This document shows, piece by piece, positions 52,605 through 64,000 of a stretch of DNA of 64,000 nt (the stretch's first letter is position 1; the number at the start of each line of letters is the position of its first letter). The position numbers and the translations under genes were made by a program. The notes below the pieces were generated by a model. It was not told where the DNA came from. It saw nothing but the letters and a program-made list of their open reading frames with translations, and did not search any database. This DNA is from Heterodontus francisci. Taxonomy: Eukaryota. The stretch lies in the NCBI RefSeq assembly GCF_036365525.1, contig NC_090418.1, positions 10,788,856 to 10,852,855 of the forward strand, given 5' to 3'.

Positions 52605-53360
52605 CAGGACAGGGACAGCACAGGGTTAGATACAGAGTAAAGTTCCCTCTACACTGTCCCCATCAAACACTCCCAGGACAGGTACAGTACGAAAAAAATA
52701 AAAAAATGGGGTTAGATACAGAGTAAAGCTCCCTCCACACTGTCCCCATCAAACACTCCCAGGACAGGGACAGTACGAAAAAAAGTAAAAAATGGGGTTA
52801 GATACAGAGTAAAGCTCCCTCCACACTGTCCCCATCAAACACTCCCAGGACAGGTACAGCACGGGGGTTAGATACAGAGTAAAGCTCCCTCGACACTGTC
52901 CCCCATCAAAAAAAAATGGGGGTTAGATACAGAGTAAAGCTCCCTCGACACTGTCCCCAATCAAAAAAAAACGGGGTTAGATACAGAGTAAAGCTCCCTC
53001 TACACTGTCCCATCAAACACTCCCAGGACAGGGATGACACGGGGATTAGATACAGAGCAAATGTCAATCTATCTCTGCCACCCTCACTCTCCCCATCTCC
53101 CACTACAAATAAAAAGAAAAAGAAAAGAAAAAAATGGTGTTAGATACAGAGTAAAACTCTCTCTACACTATCCCATCAAACACTCCCAGGACAGGTCCAG
53201 CAAAAAAAAAAAAACGGGGGTTAGATACAGGGTAAAGCTCCCTCTACACTGTCCCCATCAAACACTCCCAGGATAGTTACAGCACGGGGGTTAGATTCAA
53301 CAAAGGCCACCTAAAAGAAAAAGAAAAAACGGGGGTTAGATACAGAGTAAAGCTCCCTCA
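52605..53360 (-). repeat. 69-bp satellite array interrupted by poly(A) tracts
   Basis: ggggttagatacagagtaaagctccctctacactgtccccatcaaacactcccaggacagg units, many preceded by A-runs. Confidence 0.92.
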
Positions 53361-53380
53361 AAAACAAAGACAAATACAGG

Positions 53381-54153
53381 TTTTTTTTTATTCATTCATG
53401 GGACGTGGGCTTCACTGGCCAGGCCAGCATTTATTGCCCATCCCTAATTGCCCTTGAAGAGGCGGTGGTGAGCTGCCTTCTTGAACCGCTGCAGTCCATG
53501 TGGGGGAGGTATACCCACAATGTTGTTAGGAAGGGAGTTCCAGGATTTTGACCCAGCGACAGTGAAGGAACGGTGATATAGTTCCAAGTTAGGATGGTGT
53601 GTGACTTGGAGGGGAACTTGCAGGTGGTGGTGTTCCCATGCATTTTCTGCCCTTGTCCTTCTAGGTGGTAGAGGTCGCGGGTTTGGAAGGTGCTGTCGAA
53701 GGAGCCTTGGTGCATTGCTGCAGTGCATCTTGTAGATGGTACACACTGCTGCCACTGTGCGTCAGTGGTGGAGGGAGTGAATGCTTGTAGATGGGGTGCC
53801 AGTCAAGCGGGCTGCTTTGGCCTGGATGGTGTCTTGAGTGTTGTTGGAGCTGCACCCATCCAGGCAAGTGGAGAGTATTCCATCACACTCCTGACTTGTG
53901 CCTTGTCGATGGTAGACAGGCTTTGGGGAGTCAGGAGGTGATTTACTCGCCTCAGGATTCCATGCCTCTGACCTGCTCTTGTAGCTATGGTATTTATATG
54001 GCTCCTCTAGTTCAGTTTCTGGTCAATGGTAGTCCCTAGGATGTTGATAGTGGGGGATTCAGCGATGGTAATGCCATTGAATGTCAAGGGGAGATGGTTA
54101 GATTCTCTCTTGTTGGAGATGCTCATTGCCTGGTACTTGGGTGGCGCGACATA
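53381..54153 (-). mobile_element. 3' fragment of the same LINE family as 29730-34182
   Basis: ISNKRESNHLPLTFNGITIAESPTINILG and AVCTIYKMHC, with the same 3' end and a poly(A) tail. Absent from the paralogous site at about 62970. Confidence 0.88.
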
Positions 54154-55639
54154 GGTTAGATATAGACTGTAAATACTACACTGTGTGAAGCTTCGGTGAT
54201 CTGTGGGAAATCTGGGGCATATCCAATTGGAATGATCAAGTTGCATCCCGTATATTACTCTTTAAGGGAACTGTTCCTCAACTTTGGCTCAGCTCCAGGC
54301 CCAGGCTCCTGATTTTCGGCCTTTCGGTACAGAGCGGGATCAGACAAACCAACAGAACGTCTCGTGACTCTGCTCTGGGCTGTGCAAAAGCAGCGATCCA
54401 CATTCTCAGGATGGGCAGGGACAGCTAGGGTTGGGAATGTGGTGTCGCTCGGGCTCGTTGCCTCTCCTTTGCGGTCCTGGCTGTGCTTTGGTGTCCCATT
54501 GAGAGGGACAATGCGGTGCCCACTCGTACACTCGAGGCCTCCTGCCACCAGTGAACTCCTCAGGGAATGGAGACTCTCGCTGACACTAGTAATACTGATA
54601 TACCATCTATCCCTGCACTTGTCCCTTAGCCCTGAACTTGTATCTGTATCTTCCCTGATTCTATTATCTATCAAGTCCAAGCCCAAGAATCACCTGCAGT
54701 AGCTTCTCTCCCCAGTCCAGAACCATTACCTCTAGTGTGTCCTCAGAATCTATCCTTGGCCCCTTTTATTTCTTATCTGTATGCTCCCCTGGTGACATCT
54801 GAAAACAGTCCGTTTCCACACATATGCTGAATACACCCAGCTCTACCTCATTACCACTCAGCCCCTCCGCTATCTCTAAATTATCCGACTGCTTATCTGA
54901 CACACAGGGCTGCATGAGTAGATAGTTCCCCCAACTAAATATCAGAGGAACCAATGCCATTGTCAGTCCCGGCCCCAAACTCCGTTACCTAGACAACGAC
55001 TCCATCTCGCTCCCTGGCAACTGAGGCTGAACTTCACTTACAATGAAATCTACTAGAAAACATTGATTTCTTCCTTGTACAAAGTGTCTTCAGACCAGAG
55101 TCAGAGAACTTCTGTCAAGTCCACCCAATTTTAACCCCATTAGTTTTTGATCAATTGTCCCCCAACTGGAAAGTTCAACTAAAACCTTTTGGGACTCAAT
55201 GGCCACATGGAGTAACTTGGGAACCAGAGTCGGCTCCTCCGATCGGCCTATTCAGTTCAACAAGCAACGATCTGCACCTTAATGCCATCTGTTAGATATG
55301 GTAATGGTACTCAATGTGATAAAAGTATTAACACCATGTAGTTAACACCCTGGGGAAGGTTGCAAAGCAGGAAGAACAGGTTAAGCGTCCCAATTTCATA
55401 TCCCAGAAAACCCATACGGTTTTCGAGGGGGGAAAAGACAGGCATGTGAAATTGAGATTACACTCAGATCAGTTATGATTGTATTGAATGGCTGGAGGGG
55501 AACCTACTCCTGCTCTTAACTCATACGTTAAGAGACTGAGATTTGTCCTACCTTGGGACTAACTGTTCTAGATTCCCCTCACTGGAATCACTCAAATTAA
55601 GTTCAGGCCCCCTTGTTCTCAATTCCCTATACCTACCCT

Positions 55640-56745
55640 TATCCAGGGTGTACTAGCTAGATGGATAAAGAACTGGCTGGGCAACAGGAGACAGAGAGCA
55701 GCAGTGGAAGGGAGTTTCTCAAAACGGAGACGTGTGACCAGTGGTGTTCCACAGGGATCTGTGCTGGGACCACTGTTGTTTGTGATATACATAAATGATT
55801 TGGAGGAAAGTATAGGTGGTCTGATTAGCAAGTTTGCAGACGACACTAAGATTGGTGGAGTAGCAGATAGTGAAGGGGACGGTCAGAGAATACAGCAGAA
55901 TACAGATAGATTGGAGAGTTGGGCAGAGAAATGGCAGATGGAGTTCAACCCAGGCAAATGCGAGGTGATGCATTTTGGAAGATCCAATTCAAGAGTGAAT
56001 TACACAGTAAATGGAAATGTCCTGGGGAAAATTGATGTACAGAGAGATTTGGGTGTTCAGGTCCATTGTTCCCTGAAGGTGGCAACGCAGGTCAATAGAG
56101 TGGTCAAGAAGGCATACGGCATGCTTTCCTTCATCGGACAGGGTATTGAGTACAAGGGTTGGCAGGTCATGTTACAGTTGTATAAGACTTTGGTTCGGCC
56201 ACATTTGGAATACTGCGTGCAGTTCTGGTCGCCACATTACCAAAAGGATGTAGATGCTTTGGAGAGGGTGCAGAGGAGGCTCACCAGGATGTTGCCTGGT
56301 ATGGAGGGCGCTAGCTATGCAGAGAGGTCGAGATTAGGATTATTTTCATTAGAAAGACGGAGGTTGAGGGGGGAACCTGATTGAGGTGTACAAAATCATG
56401 AGAGGTATAGACAGGGTGGATAGCAAGAAGCTTTTTCCCCCCGGAGTGGGGGGAATTCAGTTACTAGGGGTCACGATTTCAAAGTGAGGGGAAAGGTTTA
56501 GGGGGGATATGCGTGGAAAGTTCTTTACGCAGAGGGTGGTAGGTGCCTGGAATACATTGCCAGTGGAGGTGGTAGATGCGGGCACGATAGCGTCTTTTAA
56601 GATGTATCTAGACAGATACATGAATGGGCAGGAAGTAAAGAGATACAGACCCTTAGAAAATAGGCAACATGTTTAGATAGAGGATATGGATCGGTGCAGG
56701 CTTGGAGGGCCAAAGGGCCTGTTCCTGTGCTGTAATTTTCTTTGT
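55640..56745 (+). mobile_element. CR1 LINE 3' fragment
   Basis: ORF 55704-56384: GVPQGSVLGPLLFVIYIND, KFADD, YCVQFWSPHY; followed by 3' UTR. Confidence 0.93.
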
Positions 56746-57860
56746 TCAAATCCTTCTGACATGAAACACCTTGAGCAGATTACCCCTCAAACCTCCATTG
56801 AGGACATGTGACTTTAATTTAAGCCCCAGTGTGGTTAAATCAGATTGAACCTCAAATCAAATTTACACTTAATGTTCCATGCTCAAAAATTCAAATCCAG
56901 TTGACCAATATTCTTCAAAACTGAAGGCCTTTACCATCCCTCCCAGAGGGACCAACATTCCATTATCTCGGATCACTAAAGTCTTTGCTCCTTTACTAGA
57001 ACGAACTACTTGTTTTTGTCTCGGCTCCTGCCTGTGTCTAAAGTCTGTCACTTCCTGCATGGATCATCTGCCATAGTTTTGTTCATTACCTCAATGGGCC
57101 TTTGTAGCTTCCTGCTTCCACCTGCAAACTAGCAAACAAGACAGAAGCTCAGGCACCAGATTAGATTCTGCCAGTCAGGTGATATGCTTGCGATGCCCAC
57201 CCACCCTCTATTTGAAGATAGACTGTCCACTGGAAGGCCATATCGTTAGAAATGGCATTTGTGAGCTCAAAGTTCAGAGTTTAGTCCCATATACTTCAGC
57301 CAAGATGGCTCCCACAGCTATTAAATCTGAAATCTGTTGCTCCCACAATAACCTTCACTTAGTTAACTGGCCAAATAAAAATTGGTAATTAAGTCACATT
57401 AAAAAGTGTGCCTACATAAATCAAATATGTATAATGACAGATCCTCTACTGCCCATTGGTTGCAGCAAACCTTAAAGACCCAAAAGAAGAATGTGCACTC
57501 TCCGGGGTGGGGGGGGGGGGTGAGCATAGACATGGAACAGAAAGCAGCAACTAGAGTAAACCCCAACTGGCCAAATCTAATAGCAGTTCCACAAGAAGAT
57601 TCAGACCTGTTCACATCCCTCCTCGACAGGAGGAGGAATAAAGGAGTCTGGCATTGAAATGCAGTTAGCAATTGAAGAACAACCCCTTCAAATACAAGTT
57701 AACTTTTTAAAACTCTGCCAGTAGGTGATTCACGAGGTGTAGTTCTGGGCTTAGGTTAATTGTAGTCATTAGATCTATGGACCCATTTAACTAACAGGCT
57801 CCAGTGGCCAATGAATTAACAGACAAGATACAAGTAATCTGTTTATTGATGATTTGATAA

Positions 57861-60769
57861 CTAGTTGATCAGAGTTTGCTTGTGTTTCCTGTACAGGAAC
57901 AAGGCGATCAATAAAGCAGAGATCAAACAGACAGCTGTCACAGTCAGGGCCACAATCAGGACCACCTCAGACTCCACACCTCCAAAAGCAATGAGAAACC
58001 AATGGTTAGTGAAGGAAACACTGAGGGGAAAATGGAAACTAGCAGTCAGCCAACTCACCACCTGGAGACCTCTCCTGCAGCCTTCGCTCAACCTCATTCA
58101 AGGACTCCGTTGCCAGGTCAGTTACCTCAGTATCCAGAATGACCAGGGGTCCAAGTGAGGCCTCACCCTCCCACTTCAATCCAGCTTCACTCTCTGCAAT
58201 ATCAAACATGCCAGTTAGAGGGGGTAAAGGGAGACCTCCCACATCTAGAGGATCAAAGTCCTACCAGCTTCCAGTACAAGATCCCTCCTTCCTCTGGAAG
58301 GAAATAGGAACTCCCTTGTGGCACCACAGTTACCCACATGGCAACAGGCACAAATGTCATTGTTGGATTCCTCCAATGGGGTCCAGCTAAACAAGAGAAA
58401 CAGTTGATCAACCAGGTTGTCCATCACATTCCCATACAACACACCCCTGAAGGAGGGAAAGGGAACTTACACATTCTGCATCTTCTGGAAAGTACAAGCT
58501 TTGTTCATGGAATCTCTCCGATCCACTGGAGCAACTTTCAGGTGACAGGTGATGAAAATCTGGGAGAGAGAGAGACATTGCAACACAATTTAGTGACTCC
58601 CTCCCAACATGGAGACCCCAATGATCAACTTCCTCTTACCAAGGAACGGTCATCTCCAAAGAAGCGGAAAGCATCCAGGTCAAACCGGAGCTTGTCCAGC
58701 TCACGCTCGTCTCTTGGCAACACGAAGGTTGAAAAGGAGTCCTCAGCTTTGCTGTCCAGGAGGCAACTGGAGAAAGATTTTAAAAAAGGGACATGAAGTG
58801 AATCAAGTGAAGCCATTGAGATGGGAGCAGCTGGAGAAAGCAGAGAGCTCCTTACCCATTGTAGTCAATGATGCTGTATCTCGGGGTGGAATCCTTGTCT
58901 GGGCTCAATGTAGCTACACAGCGGTCAATGTAGAGCTTCAGGGGCATGTGGTTGGTCATTGAAACAGAGGCCTCAATGTGAATGAGGTCACCCAGGTAGT
59001 AGACAGTCGAGGTGCGCTCTGTAAGCCAGTCGTCTGAAGTACAAGAGGACAAGGGTTAGAGACAGTGGGTACAACTCCCAGTGGGTGAGTACAGGAAATC
59101 ACTCCCCATCCACCCATCACATACCATTCATTAGGCGCAGTGAGAATGACAGATGCCCTTCTCCAGACTTGGTGGAGCTGAATGGGATCCAGGTGGGCTT
59201 GATGAGGTTACTGCTCACATTGCCCTTCCTGGAAGGACAGGGGAGTCATTTTGGGACAAATTGAGAAAAAAATACAGCTCTAGATCATATCTACAATCAG
59301 GTAAATATTCTCACCTAAAATAATGACACTCAATGGGAATGACAGCTCCATTTGTTCTCACAATGACAGATCCATGATACTGGGGGGTGTGGTTCAGGTG
59401 GGTGGTGTAGACCAGGAAATCTCCAACCATCTGAAAGACATCAGCTAAAAGGAATGACAAGCTGGTCTGAAATGGAGACCATTATGCTAAGAGTTCAGAA
59501 AGAAATTGAGATTGCATTTCTACTGGGAATGAAAAGCTAGATGCTGGGAAACCATTTCCTGCAGCGGGAGAGTCTAGATTTTAGGATCACAGTCAGGCAA
59601 AGGGACAGCCATTTAAGTCAGAGCAAAGAAATATCTTCAGCATTGTAAACAAATTGTGTTTCTCCAACCAAGTGGGATATTCTACTTGATATATTCAAGA
59701 CAGGCAAGATTTTGGGTACAAGAGGAATCAACACAAGGGATTGGGTAGAAAGGACAGTAAAATGTAGAAATTTAGCCATGGTGTCACTGAACAGCCAAAC
59801 AGGCCCCAGTGGCCAGAGATCTCCATTCATGGGCTTATGTCTAGTCTCATGAAAGAAAAGCAATTGTCAGCAAGAAAGCGAGATGTGACAATTTAACCAA
59901 TAACAAAAAGCCACAAGCTGGTAGTAATTTGGCCAGACAGATTTCATTTAATCCACAACCCCATATGTTCCAATTACAGGGGAAGTAGGAAATGTAGAGT
60001 TTCCCTTTCATATACTACAGCTCAATTTTTAGTCCCATTTCATCTTAAACCCAACTTCATTAGGTAAAACTGAAACTTCAAACTCAAAATGCAATCTCAA
60101 TGACCCAAATGAGTAATAAAGCTGAACATTTACAGTTTACAGAAAGATAGGTCAGGAGGAATACCAATTAAAGTTAAAGACCAACAGTGTTAACAATCAA
60201 CATTGGGGAGTGCAGGAAACACCAGATGAAGCAAGGTCCAGTGTAGAATTGAAAACTAGCTTGAGGTTTTATAAAGTAGGAAAATGGCATTGAACAGATT
60301 TCAACAAGTATTGGAATGAAGAATGAGGAACAAGCAACACCAAGCTTAGAACAGGAGTCAACATTACCTGCAAACTGCTGCCACACTCATGGAGCCCATA
60401 GTCAAAGAGGACAGTGTGATTCTGAGAGTAGATCCTGGTCGGCCGACAACCTGCTGTCCCCAGGGTCAGGTCAGCAGCTTTAATCAGGTGCCTGGTTCCA
60501 AATAAATCCATCTGGACCCTGACCAGCAGGTTCTGCTCTCCACACTGCACCGTCACAGTCTGCAGTGGAGACACACTTCGACCCTCAGACACACGGAAAT
60601 GGGAACCAAAGGGAGACCCAGTTGGAGGGACTCTCTGAGGCACAGGGGTGGCTTTTACTATTGTCCATGGAAACCTCTGGTCTCGAAACTGTTGCCAAGT
60701 ATCAGAGCAACAGACAATTCCAACTAACACCAGCACTGGGAACAAACCCCTCATTACAAAATCCCCCAT
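57861..60769 (-). CDS. zp3: ZP3-like copy 5, 9 exons, 463 aa
   Basis: Exons 60769-60368, 59430-59315, 59228-59125, 59033-58856, 58766-58640, 58559-58471, 58386-58265, 58193-58059, 57979-57861. In frame; the last acceptor is GAG. Confidence 0.9.
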
Positions 60770-61020
60770 GATACCAAACAACTCAACCATCCCTTCACCC
60801 ACCAACCAGCTCCTTTTATACACACAACCTGCAGTCACCTGACACCAATGATCCCAGAAGCAGCAACATTGAGCCAATTAACCAGCCCCAATCTCCACAA
60901 TTTACACCCAATGACAGAACCCATGGATTTATTGGCAGGAGGGCCTATTTTATTTGGACCAATAGGAGTGGCTCTGAGTTGGCCCAGTGTCACCTGACAG
61001 ATGTCAGCTCCAAACTTGCT
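60770..61020 (-). promoter_or_regulatory. ZP3 copy 5 promoter (type A)
   Basis: TATAAAA at 60820-60814, tandem E-boxes at 60991-61003. Confidence 0.7.
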
Positions 61021-61149
61021 CATGTTGAAGGGAACCATTAATACAATACGATAATATGCTTTGTTCATTGATCTATGAGGATGACAGGGGTTATCCCCAG
61101 TTTTATCAACAGAGGAACGAATGTACACCTGCCCCCCTCTTCAAAGGAC

Positions 61150-62527
61150 ACAGCTAACATTTTCCAGTGCTCACTGGATACAGGTGTGGTGCTGGAGAAT
61201 GGGAGAATTTCTTACACTGTACCTCTGTTTAAAAAGGGAGCGAGGGACAGACTGAATAATTACAGGCCAGTCAGTCTAACCTCAGTAGTGGGCAAACTAT
61301 TGGAATCTATTTAGAGAGACAAGATAAACTGTCACTTAGAAAGGCACAGAATAATCAAGGATAGTCAGCATAGATTACTTGAATTTTATGAAGAAGCAAC
61401 AAGGAAGATAGATGAGGGTCGTGCAGTTGATGTGGTCTACATGGATTTTAGCAAGGTTTTTGACAAGGTCCCATATGGCAGACTGGTTACAAAAATAAAA
61501 TCCCCTGGGATCCAGCGAAACATAACAAGATAGATCCAAAATTGGCTCAGTGGCAGAAAACAAAGGTTAATTGTTGACAGGTATTTTTGCGACTGGAGGG
61601 TTGTGGCGTTCTGCAGGGCTCAGTACTGGGTCCCCTGTTTTTTGTGGCATATATTAACGATTTGGATGTAAATGTAGGGGGTATTAGAGGCCTGCTGAGG
61701 TTGGGAGAAAAGAACCCGACCCGAACCTGACCGAACCACCGCGGACTCGAGCCCGACCTGGCCAAAGTCCCTCCGATTTTGCCCCGAGCCCGACCCGACC
61801 CGACCCGACCCGACCCAAACCCACCCCGACTCGACTCGACCCGACTATCCCTTTACTCACCTTCGGACATGGAATCTCCGCTAAGCTGCAGCGCATGCGC
61901 GATGACGTCATTGTGACATCACTCGCTCACTACGCAGACTCAGCTTTGTCCCGGACTCCCAGCTCAGGTAAGTTTTTTAAATTTCAATACTGATGGGCAG
62001 AGCACCTACCGTGTATGTCCTGCCCGACACGACCCAACCCGGACTTCACTTGAAGATGGATCCGGACCAGAATCCGACACGTGTCGCCGGATCCCGTCGG
62101 TTTCGGGTCGGGTAGCAGGCCTCGAGGGGGCATGATGAAGAAGTTTGCAGATGACACAAAGATTGGCCATGTGTTAGATAGCGAGGAGGATAGCTTAGGC
62201 TGCAGGAAGATATTGATGGTCTGGTCAGATGGGCAGAAAAGCGGCAAATGGAATTCAACTTGGAGAAGTGTGAGGTGATGCATTTGAGGAGGTCAAACAA
62301 GTCAAAGGAACACACGAATAGTGGGAAAATACTGAGGAGTGTAGAGGAAATGTGGGACCTTTGAGTGAATGTCCACAGATCCCTGAATGTAGCAGGACAG
62401 GTCGATAAGGTGATGAAAAAGGCATATGGAATCCTTTCCTTTATTCGCCGAAGTATAGAATATAAGAGCAGGGAGGTTATGCTGGAACTGTATAACTCAT
62501 TGGTTAGGCCACAACATGAGTACTGTG
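61150..62527 (+). mobile_element. CR1 fragment paralogous to 12885-13827, interrupted by a MITE and cut at 62527
   Basis: Same 5' junction (cttcaaaggacacagctaacattttccag) and near-identical sequence. Confidence 0.9.
61685..62125. mobile_element. Non-autonomous hAT element (MITE), 441 bp
   Basis: TIRs TAGAGGCCTGCT / AGCAGGCCTCGA, 8-bp TSD gggggtat / gggggcat, (CCCGA)n subterminal repeats. The empty site is seen at about 13426-13433. Confidence 0.9.
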
Positions 62528-62989
62528 ATGGTATATCAGTATTACTAGTGTCAGTGAGACTCTCCATTCCCTGAGGAGTTCACTGGTGGCAGGAGGCCTC
62601 GAGTGTATGAGTGGGCACCGCAATGCCCCTCTCTATGGGACACCAAAGCACAGCCAGGACAGCAAAGGAGAGGCAACGTGCTCGAGCGACACCAACCCCT
62701 TCCCAACCCCAGCTGTCCCTGAGAATGTGGATCGCTGCTTCTGCACGGCCCAGAGCAGAGTCACGAGACCTTCTGCCGGTTTGTCTAACCCTAAGGTACC
62801 GAAAGGCCGAAAATCAGGAGCCTGGGCCTGGAGCTGAGCCAAAGTTGAGGAACAGTTCCCTTAAAGAGTAATATACGGGATGCAACTTGATCATTCCAAT
62901 TGGATATGCCCCAGATTTCCCACAGATCACCGAAGCTTCACACAATGTAGCATTTACAGTCGATATCTAACTAGTATTTTTCTTTGCTT

Positions 62990-63360
62990 TTGAGGGAGCT
63001 TTACTCTGTATCTAACCCCGTGCTGTACCTGCCCTGGGAGTGTTTGATGTGGACAGTGTAGAGGGAGCTTTACTCTGTATCTAACCCCGTTTTTTTTTTG
63101 TTTTTTTTCTTTTTTATCTAACCCCGTGCTGTACCTGTCCTGGGAGTGATTGATGGGGACAGTGTAGAGGGAGCTTTACTCTGCATCTAACCCCGTTTTT
63201 TTTGTTTTTTTTTTGGGAGCTTCACTCTGTATCTAACCCCGTTTTTTTTTTTCTTTTTTATCTAACCCCGTGCTGTACCTGCCCTGGGAGTGTTTGATGT
63301 GGACAGTGTAGAGGAAGCTTTACTCTGTATCTAACCCCGTGCTGTACCTGTCCTGGGAGT
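62990..63360 (+). repeat. 69-bp satellite array with poly(T) interruptions
   Basis: Same unit as 34602-35620. Confidence 0.92.
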
Positions 63361-64000
63361 GGTTCATTCTGACACTCCAGTTTCAAGAAACATATCCCAT
63401 TCTCCAGCACTGTGGTCCTTCACCTCAATGTGAATAAAATTTATACTAATAAGCATAAGTAAACTCTCACTCTGAGTGGACTTGTTTTAATGACTCTTCC
63501 AACATATTTATCACTAATATGTATTTGCTCTTTGTTTCCCAGGACAGAATCAAACATCTCCAAGCGAGGTCCAGCACAGCTTGAGTGGAATCGGAGAGCT
63601 CCTTTTTGGGTCCATTTCCCTATTCTCTGCTGACACTGTTACACCAGTTCAGCCCTGCCACCCTGGAAAACCATTACACAGAACAGCAACGGTTTATTCA
63701 TCAATGCACCTGCACTCACATCAAGTCGGAAACTTTTATATCCCCCCCCCTCCCCCCAGGATATACTTTGAAGAAACATTCTGGGTTGTGCCCAACACTT
63801 GTCTTGTGAAGGTTTATGTTCTTCAGATCTGAATAGAGTCAATTTGTGATGATGATCTTCAGTGTGAATACAATTAATTGGTTTTGTCTGACCATCTCTA
63901 TCACTCTTTTGGTTACAGAGGCTTTGCCAATAATATCAGGAGTGAGATTATCAAATAGCATCATGTACTGGGAGCAGAGTTCCCAATGGTGGGAGCCGAT

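Overview
Vertebrate genomic DNA, very probably from a cartilaginous fish (shark-type HE1/V-SINEs, a Deu-SINE tail, CR1 LINEs and a 69-bp shark-type satellite). The core of the window is a tandem cluster of five apparently intact, 9-exon ZP3 (zona pellucida/egg-coat protein 3)-like genes. Four lie on the minus strand (CDS 9662-12504, 26109-28972, 40112-43913, 57861-60769) and one on the plus strand (45875-48687); copies 3 and 4 are head-to-head. Each has a TATA/CCAAT/E-box promoter, signal peptide, ZP module, RGRR furin site and TM helix. The last two exons of a NAT16/histidine N-acetyltransferase-like gene lie at 4507-6318. Most of the rest is transposon-derived: a Gmr1-like SCAN-gag Gypsy remnant, a Penelope fragment, a decayed hobo/Hermes-like hAT plus a related MITE, two near-identical inverted RTE LINEs, nested CR1s, a Tx1 fragment, SINEs and satellite arrays. 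The most interesting signals are: mosaic/concerted evolution of the ZP3 copies with variation in exon 7; two promoter types; long inverted repeats flanking copy 5; and a LINE family that seems to carry a tRNA-derived 5' head and to have produced a bipartite SINE. I see no evidence for a wholly new gene system. All alignments were done by eye.
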